Made by a program: the position numbers and the translations under genes. DNA of 64,000 bases from contig NC_085847.1 in NCBI RefSeq assembly GCF_035594765.1, forward strand, positions 6,572,001 to 6,636,000. Direction: 5' to 3'. Below are positions 15,581-28,179 of the stretch, piece by piece (within the stretch, counting starts at the first letter, position 1; every line of letters begins with the position of its first letter). A model generated the notes under the pieces. The model did not search any database and was not told where the DNA came from. It was given only the letters and a program-made list of their open reading frames with translations. Source of the DNA: Anolis carolinensis (taxonomy: Eukaryota).

Positions 15581-15586
15581 TTTATT
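15581..15586 (-). terminator. Probable distal SRSF9 polyadenylation signal
   Basis: AATAAA on the minus strand with upstream TGTA elements; a further ATTAAA at 15320-15325. Confidence 0.5.
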
Positions 15587-17884
15587 AAACTTTAGGTACA
15601 ACACATGCAGCCTGGTCCAATGTGTACATTTGCACAGAAGTCCCACTGACATCAATAACGCTTGCATCCATACGTTTGCAACCTTAACAGGAAAGAGCAA
15701 ACAGCTTTTGGGTACACACTAAAACACAATGGGCAGAATCCTGTTGGTGGCTAGGAAACGCCTAAAGTGAGGAGCGGGTTGGGGGATATTTCATCTCAAG
15801 GCATACTACTACTGTAGTAACCTTGACCCACTCCTTCCTTCAGTTAAAATGAGATTAAAATAAAAGGTGATGCACCTTTGGATAAACGCTTATTATCAGA
15901 TGTTTGATCCTCACAGCAGGTGCCTTTCTTGATGGGATGTAGCCCTCTTGACTACCTAGGCCCTGCCCATGGTTTTCTATCCATAATTCCATTGAAGTCC
16001 CTCCTAATATTACATATCACTTTCAAATTTCTTCTAGAAAGAACCTTTTATAAACATATCTAGGACTCCTCGAATGCCAGCTCTGATCCCACAAATGCTG
16101 TAGCCTTTTATTTGCCAGAACGGCCCTTTGTGAACATAAGTAATTTAAAAAAATCTCTGCTCAAGGAGACGCAAGGTTCGGATGGATTCCCTCAAATGAC
16201 TTTTTTAAAAAAGGCATTTGGAATGATGGCTTACTCCTAACTGGGAGCCCCCAAATCAGGGATCAAGGCAAAAATAGTGTTGGCCTTTTAAAAAGGAAGA
16301 TCCAATAATGCTGGAAGACTTTTGCCCCTTAGGAATAAACGCCAGGCAACGCTAGCTTGGACGGAAGGCCATTGGAGAACAGAATTGATTGGTTTCTGTT
16401 CTGATCTGACCCACTGCCTGTCTCACCCACTTCAGCAGAGAAAGACAGCAACTGGGGCGGGAGGAAACTGCTTCCGACCTTCTGTGATTGAAAAGTGGCG
16501 GTGGGCTCTTTTTCTAAGGAGTTCTTGTGGAATGGGCTGCGGAAGACGTCTGTGCGTTGGAGACTGCCCTTCCTTGGCCTGACAGACTGGAGGGAAGCTT
16601 TCAGCCTAGCTGAGATCTGGAAGAAAAACATGTATATTTGTGGCTATGATGCTATTTGGCCACCAGAGTAGCTACGCTGTTGGCTTGAGACTACTCTTTG
16701 GTCCTTGGCTATACAGTAAAAGCCATAGCATGCCCCTCACAGTCTTTACCGGGGCCTAACTGGGGTTTCTACCAGCAAAAGTCACCAACAGGATTCTGGC
16801 CCCCCGACATAAACCTACTATCAAGCTCGCAAAATGTATGGTAGAGATTTTATTGGATATTGAGGGCAACGCTTGGGAACAAACGAAAGAGTTCACATTC
16901 TTAGGACTACACTTCCAACACAACACTAGCTGAACTGCTCAACACAAACATGCACTTTAGCCTGTCAGTCGTCGTCTGTGTCTTCAATGAGGTCATGTCC
17001 CTGCAGCCATGCCCATATTCAAAGCCAAAGCCAATTCTTGTACGGTGCTCCATTGGGACTATGGTATGCAACCAGGTTGTTAAGAAAGTCTCAGCAACCC
17101 CCTTCATGTCTGGGATGTCAGTTTACAAATCCACTATAAGGCCAAACGGATGTTTCAAGCGGTGGAGAACTGAAGCAGAACTTGAGCCAATGTTTCTAGA
17201 GGACACATTTTGAGAGACACAGAAGGCCGCCACCAATTTCTGCCAGTCCTTCCTCGGCAGTTCCTTCCGTTACCATTCAAACCTTTCATGGGCATTTGCT
17301 CATGAAATGATGGACACAGACTGTTGTTGAAGAATTGCATGGGGCTTTTAGGAGTTAAAATTTCTTCTGTGCTTCCACCACGACTGTCACACAAAAGGTT
17401 AAAAGACTTCTTCCCCCAGTAATAATAAGCAGTTTAAAATCCAGGTCCAGCTGTTCACACCAGGCTCCCAATCGCTACACAGAAAGACACCCCCCAAACA
17501 CATCTGAGTTACAGAAACATTGAAGCATATTTCAGGACACCAACACAGGTTGAGCCATACAGGTTCCCCACTGTTTGAAAGCATCTTCCTGCAGACAAGC
17601 CACACCTGCGCACTAGCTGTCAAGCTCACCTCCCAGCATTCAGAAGGAGAAACAAAAAACAATGTACATTTTCCAAACCAAAAGTGTAAAGTGGCAATGG
17701 TTGATAGGATCCATTACCAATACTTCCCTAGTAAAAACGGTTAAGTCATAAAAAAAAGATTTGAATAGAAAGGGAGAAAAAACAAGGCTTCCTATGAAAG
17801 ACTATATCCATCCATTTTGGAATGTAAACTCTGAGCGGAAATAAAGAGCTCAGTTCACATTTGAAGAAGTCTCTGTTGGGTAAC

Positions 17885-20800
17885 TCAGAAGGGCCTGAAG
17901 GGAGAAGAGTAGCGTGGCGATCCCCTGCTTTGGTAGGGAGAATCGCGACTCCTCGAACCAGAACGGGAGCGCGAGTAGCCATAGCTGATGCTTCGTTCGG
18001 GACAAACTCTGATATAGGACGTCTCACCCTGGAATTTAAAAAAGAGAAAACCCAAGTGTTGGCATGACTTCCCAGGGTCAAGGTTATGAATGAATGAATG
18101 CCCCAAATGGAGCTCAGTAGTAACCCAAGTGGCTCAAGGTTGAAGTTTCCACACACAGGCAGTACGGATCCTTCTCCCGAGGCCTTGGCCCCTTGAGGCC
18201 TAGAGGAAGGGCATGGCACAAAACGGCTACTACGGTGCAGGCTACTAGGAAGGCTACCCGAGCCCAGGAAACTAAGAGGAGGGTGAAGAGGTCAGTTTCC
18301 AACTTTTGACTGCCAGAGGGCAAGAGATGGAAGCTAGTGCAGTCCTTCAACATAGGTGGGAGATGCCTTGGTGAATTCTCTCACCAGCTCATCTGAATTT
18401 AATGGTATCTCAGAAGATTCTGGAGGCAAAATCCCACAGCAAGCAGCATCCAGCTGTGACAGAAGGGGTGGCTGCAGCAGCTCATGCCAGCCACTGAAAG
18501 AAGGTGGTTTCAAGTGAGACAGCAGTGCCCCAAGGTTGGGGTTCCATGCACAGAGGGGGAAGACTGCTATCTGGCAGCCATGGTTAAGACTCATCGGCTC
18601 CTTTGGTCAACAAGGCTGTAGTTGGCTGATATAGGCCCTGGCTGACAAGTCAAAGTGAGCTAGCCTCATTGAGACAGACAGCCAGTAGCCGTTTCTGGCT
18701 GTCAAAGGGAAAATAGGAAAGCAAGGCTGCTCAACTTATCCAGAAATCAGAGACAAGTGCTCCTTTTCCATGTAATCTTAAGAAGGAAAACATGACACCT
18801 GATCTTGGCTGTCAAGGCTCAAACCGTGCCATCGTGGGGCAGGTTTCCCAAAGCGTTGGCAGCTCTCACATGGGATTCCCAACAGGCTAAAGGGATTACC
18901 GTTGGCCACCAATTCCAACACAATCGCTAGATCGTGCCCTGGAGCCTCTTGGGAGCATCACAACAGGACGGGTTATGGCATGTTCCTCCATGACGGGCCC
19001 ACACAAATGCTCTTCACCCACAGGCAGGGACCCACCTCATGAGAGCGGAATTTGGTGTCATCCAGTTTACGCAGTGCGTATTCCATGTCTTCCTTGCGGA
19101 GAAACTCAACCACCCCCATGCCATCTTTCTGTACATCGGCATAACATACATCACCAGCTTCGCGCATGTGATCTTTCAGGTCCTGCCAGCTGCCTGATGG
19201 AGGAAGCCCTGAGCAGTGAGAACAAAAAACAGAAGAGACGGTGTAAAGAGGTGACACTAGCTGCTTAGACTGTGCCAGGGAGGGTCCCTCCTGGGTGTCC
19301 AAGGTGCCACACTTTCACGGACTTCCTGCTTATTCCAGACACTCAGTGCTACAATAAGAACAGAGGGATCCAAAGAATAGCAGTTAACTTCCATTCCAGA
19401 GCGGGTGAGCCCTCCATGTCCTCAAGGCAGTCCCCTGGGCAGCTCTAGGATGGAGAGTGCTGGGCAATGCAGAGGAATCCTCCTGTTGGTCCAATGTACA
19501 CTTATCACCCCTAGCTCTGACTGGACAGACTGTACTCCACGTATGACTTAAGTTATTCGGGATCAGATGCCCATCCAAGAATGATAGTCCCCTTCTAACA
19601 GTATGAGTCTGGGTCCTTAGATTCCAACAGGTCATCCTTGGGTTGTGGAGCAAGGAGACCTGGGTGTAAACTATCAGCATGGTCACTAAGAACAGACAAA
19701 GGTGAGTGGTTCCCCTGTTCCACATCATGTCCTGGAGACTAGTATGCTCCTGGCAGTTTTGAAGAATGCTTCGCAATACTTTATAGCAAGGCAAGTTCTC
19801 AAAATTCATGCCCAAAGTCAAGGGGTTTCTCCAGACATCCTCCCTGCCCTCCTAGGCTTCTGGGTGGGAGATGTACACCCAGGGTTCAACTTTTTTTTTT
19901 CAGGTCCTGTTGTAAAGCGGAAGAGATTGCAATTCAGTGGCTTCCTCACAGTGAACACTCCTATTGCTAGCCACGTCAGCATGCAGAGAAGCACATTTAG
20001 TTCACTGGGTTTTACTTAAGAAGCGTGTGGAAATACACAGGGTTTAAGTGGACCATTCCATAAGTCTGGCCAGGGAATGCTGAATTTTCTCCAGAGATTT
20101 GATCTCCATGGCAAAATACTTCCAGTTCTCTCCAGTGAGGGGATTTTCCACCTGTCTCTCCCAACTTACTAACCAGATTCCTGTTCCAGATAGGCCAAAG
20201 TTGCTTTCAGGAATCCACAAGGCTATCAATTCAAGGCTCTAATTCAGGTTAGTTTTCTCTCATAAGTGTAGTACAGCTACTGCATCACCGGCCCTTAAGA
20301 GACTCAGTTTTGTCCCACCGCATCCATTCCTTTAAAGTTACTTTAGCTGTGTGATGTCCCAGCATACTACAAGGTTCTTCGTCCTTCCCTTTACCCACCC
20401 ACAGATTTGCCCACTTCCACGTCCATGATGCACACCTGTCTACAGGCAGAGACATTTTGGCTCACCATTCCTTCATCAAGATGAATTTCCCAAGCAAAGA
20501 GGCTTCCTCCATGTATAAAACCAGAAAGTGGTCTTGTCCTCTTGCAGCTCTGAAAAAACTCCTAGTATGAAGTAGAGAAGGAACATACCTGAAACCAGGA
20601 CTCGGAATTCGGAGCGCCGTGACGGAGGGCCATTCCTCCCCCGAGGCCCCCCACCAAAACCACCCCGGCCTCGGGAAGGCTTGGGGAACTCAACACGCAG
20701 GCGGCACTGGCCATAATCGTAACCATTCCTCCCATAAACTGCATCCTCCGCATCTCTGTGAACAAATAATATAGGTCTGTATTTAGCACTGCTCAGCCAC

Positions 20801-23800
20801 TGTTAGAGAACATGAAAGGTACTAGAACTGTGGCAGTTCCAACTATAGAAATATTGAGATGTAGGCCTCCATGGGCAAGAGATATCCAGTTTCCAAGTCG
20901 ACAGGTATCAGTACTTGGCAATGAGCACACCTTAAGGACTAGATACTTTCTGGGAAACCAAGATGGTCCTCTCTTTCGATCACAGCATGAAAAAAATGAA
21001 CTCCACACATTATTCAACATCAAGGCAAAGTAATGTGCACAAAGGGATTCAGAAATGTCATGCTTAGTAGCAACAAGTGTCTGTGGGTCATAGCAGTTGC
21101 CCACTTTGCTCTTGACATGGAAAAAAAGCATCAGGGATTTTTTTTTATTTTCCAAGCACCAATTACGGTGTTGACTTGGTTCTCTCTCTGCAGCACAATC
21201 AAGAAGATAGCAACCAAACTAACAGAGGTTAGTTCCCGGAGCACTATTATATCAGCTATCTAAAAAGGCCAATGCCAACTGCCCAGAACAAGCTACTCAA
21301 AATAATTAAAATTAAAAAGCCAGCTTATATCCTTAGTGGAGCAATCATTCACTTCATATGTTACCTTCCAAAAGAATATAAGGAATATTTAACCAAGTTA
21401 CAGGTAACACACAGCTCAGAAGACAAAAATAAAATTCCAAAGGAGTGTACTAATAAAAAGGTTTTAAAAAATAAAATACAGCAAAGACAAGAGAAGTTAT
21501 AGGATGGAAGATACTTTGGGATTTTGCACTGGTAGTCGGTTACAACTGAAGATGGGTCTTGCAATGTGATGCGGCTCCAAAGAAGAGCGACTACTATTTT
21601 AGTATTCATCAACAGAGCCACATTTCCAACTCCACAGAAGCAACAATTTGACTTTGTTCTGTACTCAGCCAGAGCTCATCTGGATTACTATGTCCATTTC
21701 TGCCATATAGTATGCAAATATCAAAAGTCCATTTGTTGGGGATGCTCTGGACATCAAGGAGTGAGGTTTACTATAGTCCACAAGCCGTTCCAGTTCTATG
21801 AGCCTGTTGTACAAAATAACAAGGATCCAATTTTATTTAACAATGTTCTCTAAATACAGCAATTGGCTTGCTTGTAACCAAACATAATTTATCTCACAAT
21901 ATGTCCTGCTCCTGACGTCAGTCCAACAGGTTGTATGGTATTCAGCAAATAACTGTTTTGAGGTAAGCATTGCTTAAACCTCGGTATCTGAAGAAAGTTA
22001 TCTGGTATCCCAAAAGGTTGGAATCAGCATAGTATATACTGAAATCAGAATGGCGCACATTTTACAGTCGATTAGACATATACATGAGAGGCAGGAGACC
22101 TATGGCCAGTGTGAACCTCCACCTGGATCATACCAGGAACGTTTTCAAGACTCAGGAGGAAAAAGAAGGGGCACTTTTTCTGTCCAATACTGAGAGAAGT
22201 TGAGGAAAGATGGGCCATTTCTCCATCTATGCGGTAATATTTCCTTGAATAGATGTTTAATATCATGCTGTTTCCCCAAGAGTTGTCTTTTTTTTTTTTT
22301 TTTTGGTAGTGGCACGAGCTAAATACCATAAAGGTACCTCACAAGACTGATGCACACCTGTGTCATTGTAGACCCTGCACAGTGAATTCCCTGTGCAACT
22401 GTAAATAAGCCATAAATGCATTCTAAGATTGCGTTCTTGTGATAACAAGGAGTCAACAGCATCTTGCTCCAAGCTAACAAATTTGCAGCAACGACTGCAT
22501 TTTCTTATACAAAGGTCTAGCTCAGATATCAATTCTCAGCAGCTCTTGCACCTAGGAAAAAGGCAGGCAAGAGAGAGAGGCAGAAATGCTGGGGAAGGAA
22601 AAGAAAATGCAGGTACAAGCAAAATATCAAATGAGATGATAAATGCTCTGGAGAAAAAAGACAGTCGCTATGACACAGAGCAGACCGCAGGAGCCAAGTG
22701 CCTTCCAGGCTCAAGTCTGTAAAGGCACAGAGTGAGGGATTTGCTGGCAAGCTGGGAAATTAGTAATGCAGCCATCATAACCATGTTGTTCTACAGATAC
22801 AGCACAAACCCCCCACAAAAAAAAGGATTATCTCCTCTCGCAACAAAGGCAATTTAAAGGTGAGGAAGGAGGTCAATACAAAGCACTGATATTTTTTGTT
22901 TTTCCAAGTCCAGGTTTCATGGAATTCCAGCCCACCTTTTCCACACACACCACACACGGAAAGGCACCATTTTGGGGTGGGGAGCCGAACCCTGCCAAAC
23001 AGGCTTGCCACTCCATTTGTGGCAAGGTTTGAACGATCTCCAAAATTCCATTTCAAAAGAAGTGTCATCTTGAGAGCATCTAAAATAGTGAATTTTGAAA
23101 TCACCCAAACAAGAGCCATGTTTTGAACAGAGATCAAAGAATTTCAACACTCCCCCCACACACACACACATTGCCAAAAGACACAAACATTTTTATGTTT
23201 TTGGCAACAATCCTTAAAAAGTACACAGGGCCCTTTGAAACGCTTGAGTTAAGACAATGGGAAAACCACCGAGCTGCTTCCAAACCTTGCCTCTTCCATA
23301 AATTCACGAAAGGGCCATAGGCAAGCCAAACCCTTTTGGCTCCCCTGCATCCATGTTTTGAATATAGGAATAATAACGACGGCCTTGTAAGAAGTGTGTT
23401 GAAGGTTCTGCAGGATTACAGCAAAGGGCTGCATTTCTCGTTTAAATGACTGGTGCTCTTTAGGGTGTAATTTTTTAAAGAACAATTATAATGGAAAAAT
23501 GGTAAACATGTTTACAATATAAATATTGTTATAAACATTAACAATCATGGTGCTCAGTTAAGAATTGACATATTGAGGAAAGAGAGGAGGTTCCTAGTTC
23601 TGAAATGCCCATCCTAAAAAGATATACTTTGTGCCCAATGATAGTCTCTTCAACTGCAAGCTTTTTATGCAGGCATAGGCATGTTCTCCATTAAACTCTC
23701 GTGTTCTTCTGTTATGTGCCTGTATTGTTTTATGGCACTACCTTAAGCTTTCAAATAATCTGTTATTATTGATGTTGTACAAAGCCTCAGGATATTACGT

Positions 23801-25892
23801 GATGAGGAGCAATATATACAGAATTCAAAGTGATAAATACAAAGGGCACGCTTTGGTTGCATATGCAGATGAAGAAAGCCAGAAGTTTTCCTGGGAAGCC
23901 TTTTGCAGGTCCTTCCGCTTATTCTGATAAAACTATGCTCAAGTTGAGTGGAAGCTATTATTGCTCCCCCTGAAAGCTCCTAGAGGCAGAAATCTGTGGG
24001 ATCCTATTTAATATTGAAAGCAGCTTGCTGTGAGCTTTGAATGCTGGGCTGGGATTTCTGGAGCACAGGATTTGAACCAGTTTTGCCTTGGATAGCTACT
24101 GGGTGACCCAGGGGAAGTCCCACTCTCTCAGCCTCAGCGGGAGGAAAGAAGGGCCAAACCTCCTTTGGCAAAATCTGGCCAAGCAAATCTAGAATCGAGT
24201 CATCATTACGTCACCCTGGAGGCACACAACTCTAACCAAACAATCTGCACGTGGCACAGGATGAGTGACAATGAACCCAAAGCCAAGATGGCTTGTGTTG
24301 GGACGTTCAACTTCATTGGGCACACATACAAGCTCTGGCCAACAAACCATATTAGCCTTTCAAAGCATCCAAAGATGGTTGCAATCCACTACCAACTTTG
24401 GTTTGCCAGGAACCACTGGAAGCCATGGCGAAGAGTCACCTTCTACCCTGCAGAATGAATGCTGTTTGGCCCTGCTGAAATGGCCAAGGCTCACTGTTAT
24501 GCTATCCTGGGAGTTGTAGTTTGGCGAGGCTCCAGCACTCTGACAGGAAAAGTCCTGTAAAATGGCAACTTCCGGGATTCTAAAGACTTGAGCCACAACT
24601 ACAATAGAGTCACACTGCCTTCACATTAATGCAGCCGGACTCCACTTCCACTGCTGTGGTTCCATGCTACGTAACCCTAGGAGTTGCAGTTTTACAAGGC
24701 CTCCTCTGCCCAAGAGTACTGGGGCCTCATCAAGCTGCAACTCCCAAGAATCCATAGCATTGAGCCATGGCGGATAAGAGTGGGGTCAAACGGCATCCAT
24801 TATGCACCCAGAAGAATGCAGTCCAAGATGGCAGCTGAAGTGGGATCTAACAAGATTAATTCCACAGTGCAGATACCGCCCTCCTTACCTCAGGCAAATC
24901 GTCTTGGAGCTCCAAACACAAACCAACACTCAGGCCCCATGTACATTGCCATATGATGCAGTTATGTGCATTATAGGGTCAACACAACCTCATCTAATGC
25001 AGTTACATGCATTATAGGGTCGATATATTGTCTGATGCAGTTACATGCATCATAGGGTCAATATAGACTCGTCTGAAGCAGTTCCGTGCATTATAGGGTC
25101 GATATAGATTCATCTGCTACAGTTACATGCATTATAGGGTCAATATGGACTCATCTGATGGAGTTACATGCATTATAGGGTCAATATGGACTCATCTGAT
25201 GGAGTTACATGCATTATAGGGTCAATATGGACTCATCTGATGGAGTTACATGCATTATAGGGTCAATATGGACTCATCTGATGGAGTTACATGCATTATA
25301 GGGTCAATATGGACTCATCTGATGCAGTCATGTGCATTCCCTGAGTCCACACTGACCCTACAATGCCCTTTCCGACTGCATGACGTTAAGGGACGACTTC
25401 CCGCTCGCTTCCGCCCCAGGGAGAGCCTGAAAGTCCACTCCCAGGGCGGGAAACGGTGAGGCAATGGAGCCGAACCCCGCTGGGCGCGCCTGGGCCTAGC
25501 CGAGGCCCCTCAGGAAAAAGGGCGGGAAAGGGCGGCGAGGCCTACTCCAGAGCCTGGAGCCTGAGGAGAACCCCTGCGCGGGCGTGCCGGAGACCCCGTG
25601 CCCCGCTCCCCTTCCCCCTTCCCCCTCCCCTCACGCACCGCGGGTCCTCGAAGCGCACGAAGGCGAAGGGCACTAGGCCGCGCTTGCTCTTGAGCTCGAT
25701 GTCCCGGATGCGTCCGTACTTGTAGAAGAGCTCCTCCAGGTCCTTCTCGCGCACGTTGGCCGGAAGGTTCCCCACGTAAATGCGCCCGTCGCCGGTGCCC
25801 ATCCCGCCTCCGCCGCGGCCTCCGCCGGAGCCCCCGGGGCCTCCTCCCCCGCCTCCGTAGTCCATCATCTCCCGGCCCCAGCCTCCGGACAT
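17885..25892 (-). CDS. SRSF9: Serine/arginine-rich splicing factor 9 (SRp30c), 245 aa, 4 exons: 25892-25639, 20755-20589, 19208-19036, 18028-17885
   Basis: RRM1 (RIYVGNLP...[34 protein letters not shown]), pseudo-RRM2 with [20 protein letters not shown], and short RS tail ([33 protein letters not shown]). Phases consistent (254+167+173+144=738 nt). Confidence 0.97.
24953..25335. repeat. 41-bp minisatellite, ~9 copies, in SRSF9 intron 1
   Basis: Unit GGAGTTACATGCATTATAGGGTCAATATGGACTCATCTGAT; identical units start at 25160, 25201, 25242 and 25283. Confidence 0.95.
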
Positions 25893-26200
25893 CCTCGCTG
25901 CCTTCCCAACGCCGGCCCCGAATCACCCCCGCGGCCCAGACGCCTCAACGGCCTCCTCAGAGCCGGACGGACGGAGGGCAAAAAATCCAAGGCGAAGGAA
26001 GGCCCTTAAAGGGGAGGAGGAGGGAGAGCCGCTCGCCGCGCGCCGCCGGCCGGAATGAACCACATCTGCACACACCCCTCGCGCGGAAGGGGAGGGAGAG
26101 AGAGCGCCCCCTCGGCCCGCGCGCATGCGCCCAGGACTGCGGTCGCGCAGGCGCCCTGGAGGGTTAGCACACAGGCAGCCACGCATTTCCCACAGGGCTA
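25893..26200 (-). promoter_or_regulatory. SRSF9 5'UTR/promoter CpG island
   Basis: CpG-rich; NRF1 palindrome GCGCATGCGC at 26121-26130; CGGAAG ETS core. Confidence 0.75.
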
Positions 26201-26539
26201 GGTTGGAAACTGCAGCCTGCACTTCAAGAGACTTACACTATACCATGCAGTTCAATGCATTGAAACAGGATTGTATCAATCTACACCGACCAAACCATGC
26301 AGTTCAATGCAATTACACTGTGTTATATTATTACATTTATTATTATTATTATTAAAAAATGCTTGTAAACAGCGACAACCATGCATAGTTTGTACAGTGG
26401 AGCTAACCTGTAGGATTGGGTTTTGCTGACACTGGAATGAAGAGAGTTTGATACCACTTTTAACAGATGCGTCTCAATGGCATGGACTTATTGGGAGTTG
26501 TAGTTTTGTGAGGTCTTTGGCTGTCTCCATTTACAGATT

Positions 26540-26790
26540 TAAAGTGGGCCCCACAGTTCAAAAGAGAGATTGACTCTAAGCTGGAAAATATCCAGAGGAA
26601 GAGGGGCGACTGAAAGGATCCAAGGTCTAGAGACCAAGAAGAATCCCTCTGAGGAGCGGCTGAAAGAGCTGGGCCTGTTTAGCCTGCAGAAGAAAAGGTT
26701 GAGAGCTATGTATAAATATGGGAAAGGATGTCATAAGGAAGAGGGAGAGGCTTGTTTTCAGCTGCCCTGGAGACTAGGGCTAGAAGCAAC
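26540..26790 (+). mobile_element. CR1 LINE ORF2 3' fragment, decayed
   Basis: Remnant translation EERLKELGLFSLQKKRLR...YKY.KG, typical of the CR1 RT C-terminus. Confidence 0.85.
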
Positions 26791-27019
26791 ATTGGCAAAA
26801 TGAGATAAATCCCAACAAGGTATTTGCTGGAGGTGTAGGAAATAGAAAGAGACATTCTCTGATATGTGGTGGACCAGTGAGACCTTACAGGCATTTTGGG
26901 ATATGGTAGCTAAGGAGACAAATAAAATGCTACATAATAAAATTAAAAAGCCCAGGGTTATGCCTCTTAGGTTTACGTCGAGAAAACAATAATCAAAACA
27001 ACAAGAAATATATCAATAT

Positions 27020-27460
27020 AGCATGGCAGACGATTGGACTAAATGGCCCCTGGGGTCTCTATGATTCTGTCTATCATTCTCCTTCTCTGGAGGCCTTTAA
27101 ACAGGCTAGATGGCCATCTGTCGGGGATGCTCTGATTGTATTTTTCCTGCAGGGCAGAAGGGAGCTGGACTAGATGGCCCATGTGGCCTCTTCCAACTCT
27201 AGGATGTTCTCTATCTATCTCAGACATGGACTTCAACTCCCAGAAATCCCAGCCAGAAGTCCAAATCACCTGGAGGGCCAAAGTTTGCCCATGCCTGGTC
27301 TATCTCCTTCTCTGGAGGTCTTTAAACAGAGGCTGGGCGGCCATCTGTCAGGAGTGCTTTGATAGTGCTTTTCCAGCATGGCGGGGGGTTGGACTAGATG
27401 GCCCATGGGGTCTCTTCCCACTTTATGATTCCATTCATCTCTCTCCTTTGGAGGCGTTTT
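27020..27460 (+). mobile_element. Three tandem CR1 3'-end fragments
   Basis: Repeated TCTCCTTCTCTGGAGG...GGCCATCTGTC...TGGACTAGATGGCCC...TCTTCCAACTCTA(T)GATTCT. Confidence 0.8.
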
Positions 27461-27639
27461 AGACTTATTGATTGCTTGATGGAATGCTTTTGATATGAAA
27501 TTAATAATTAGATGATGCATTCTGCAGTGTGGATAGACTTGGGGGCCTTTTCAACCAGCTGTTTGGGCCTCCAACTCCCAGAATCCCCGACACTTGAGGG
27601 AAATAGCTGGGGCTTCTGGGAGTCGGAGGCCTGGTGCTG

Positions 27640-27979
27640 CTGAGAAGGAGCGAGGCGGGGATGTCTCGCCCACGCCGTCGCCGGGGCAACGGACGCCAGC
27701 GCGGTGCATGCCGGCCCGCAACAAAATGCAACAATAAAACTCTCCGGGAGGCGGAGGCGGGCCAGCCAATGAGCGCCGAGGCGTATTGTTGTCGTAGCCA
27801 ATGACGGAGAGGAAGGGCGAGGGGCGGCACTGAGGGCGAGGCGGGCGATTGTGTCGAGTGAGCGCGCGCGCGGCGAGAAAGGCCAGCGAGGGCGTTGGGG
27901 TCCAGCGAAGGGCCAGCGGTGTCGCCCGCTCCGTCAGAGTCCCTTCCCGCCGTCCTCGGAAGCAGCCCAGCGGCAGACG
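27640..27979 (+). promoter_or_regulatory. DYNLL1 promoter and non-coding first exon
   Basis: CpG island; two CCAAT boxes (27766-27770, 27798-27802); GC boxes; splice donor at 27980. Confidence 0.75.
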
Positions 27980-28179
27980 GTGAGAAGAAGGCCCGGGGAA
28001 GGCCAAGGGAGCCTTTCAGCCATGAGCCAAAGGCGCGGAGCGGTTCTTCTTCTCAGGCAGAACGCGCCTTTGGCTCTTCATTTGCTGCTTTCCTCAGAGA
28101 GACTTCCCTCAAAGGCCATTTCAACTCCCCCTTAATATCGAAGGGGTTTCAAAAGGCCTCGAAAGAAAGGCATAAAAAG

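Noticed and set aside
24953-25335. CRISPR-like regular array
   Set aside because: Units are head-to-tail with no unique spacers, in a eukaryotic context; it is a minisatellite.
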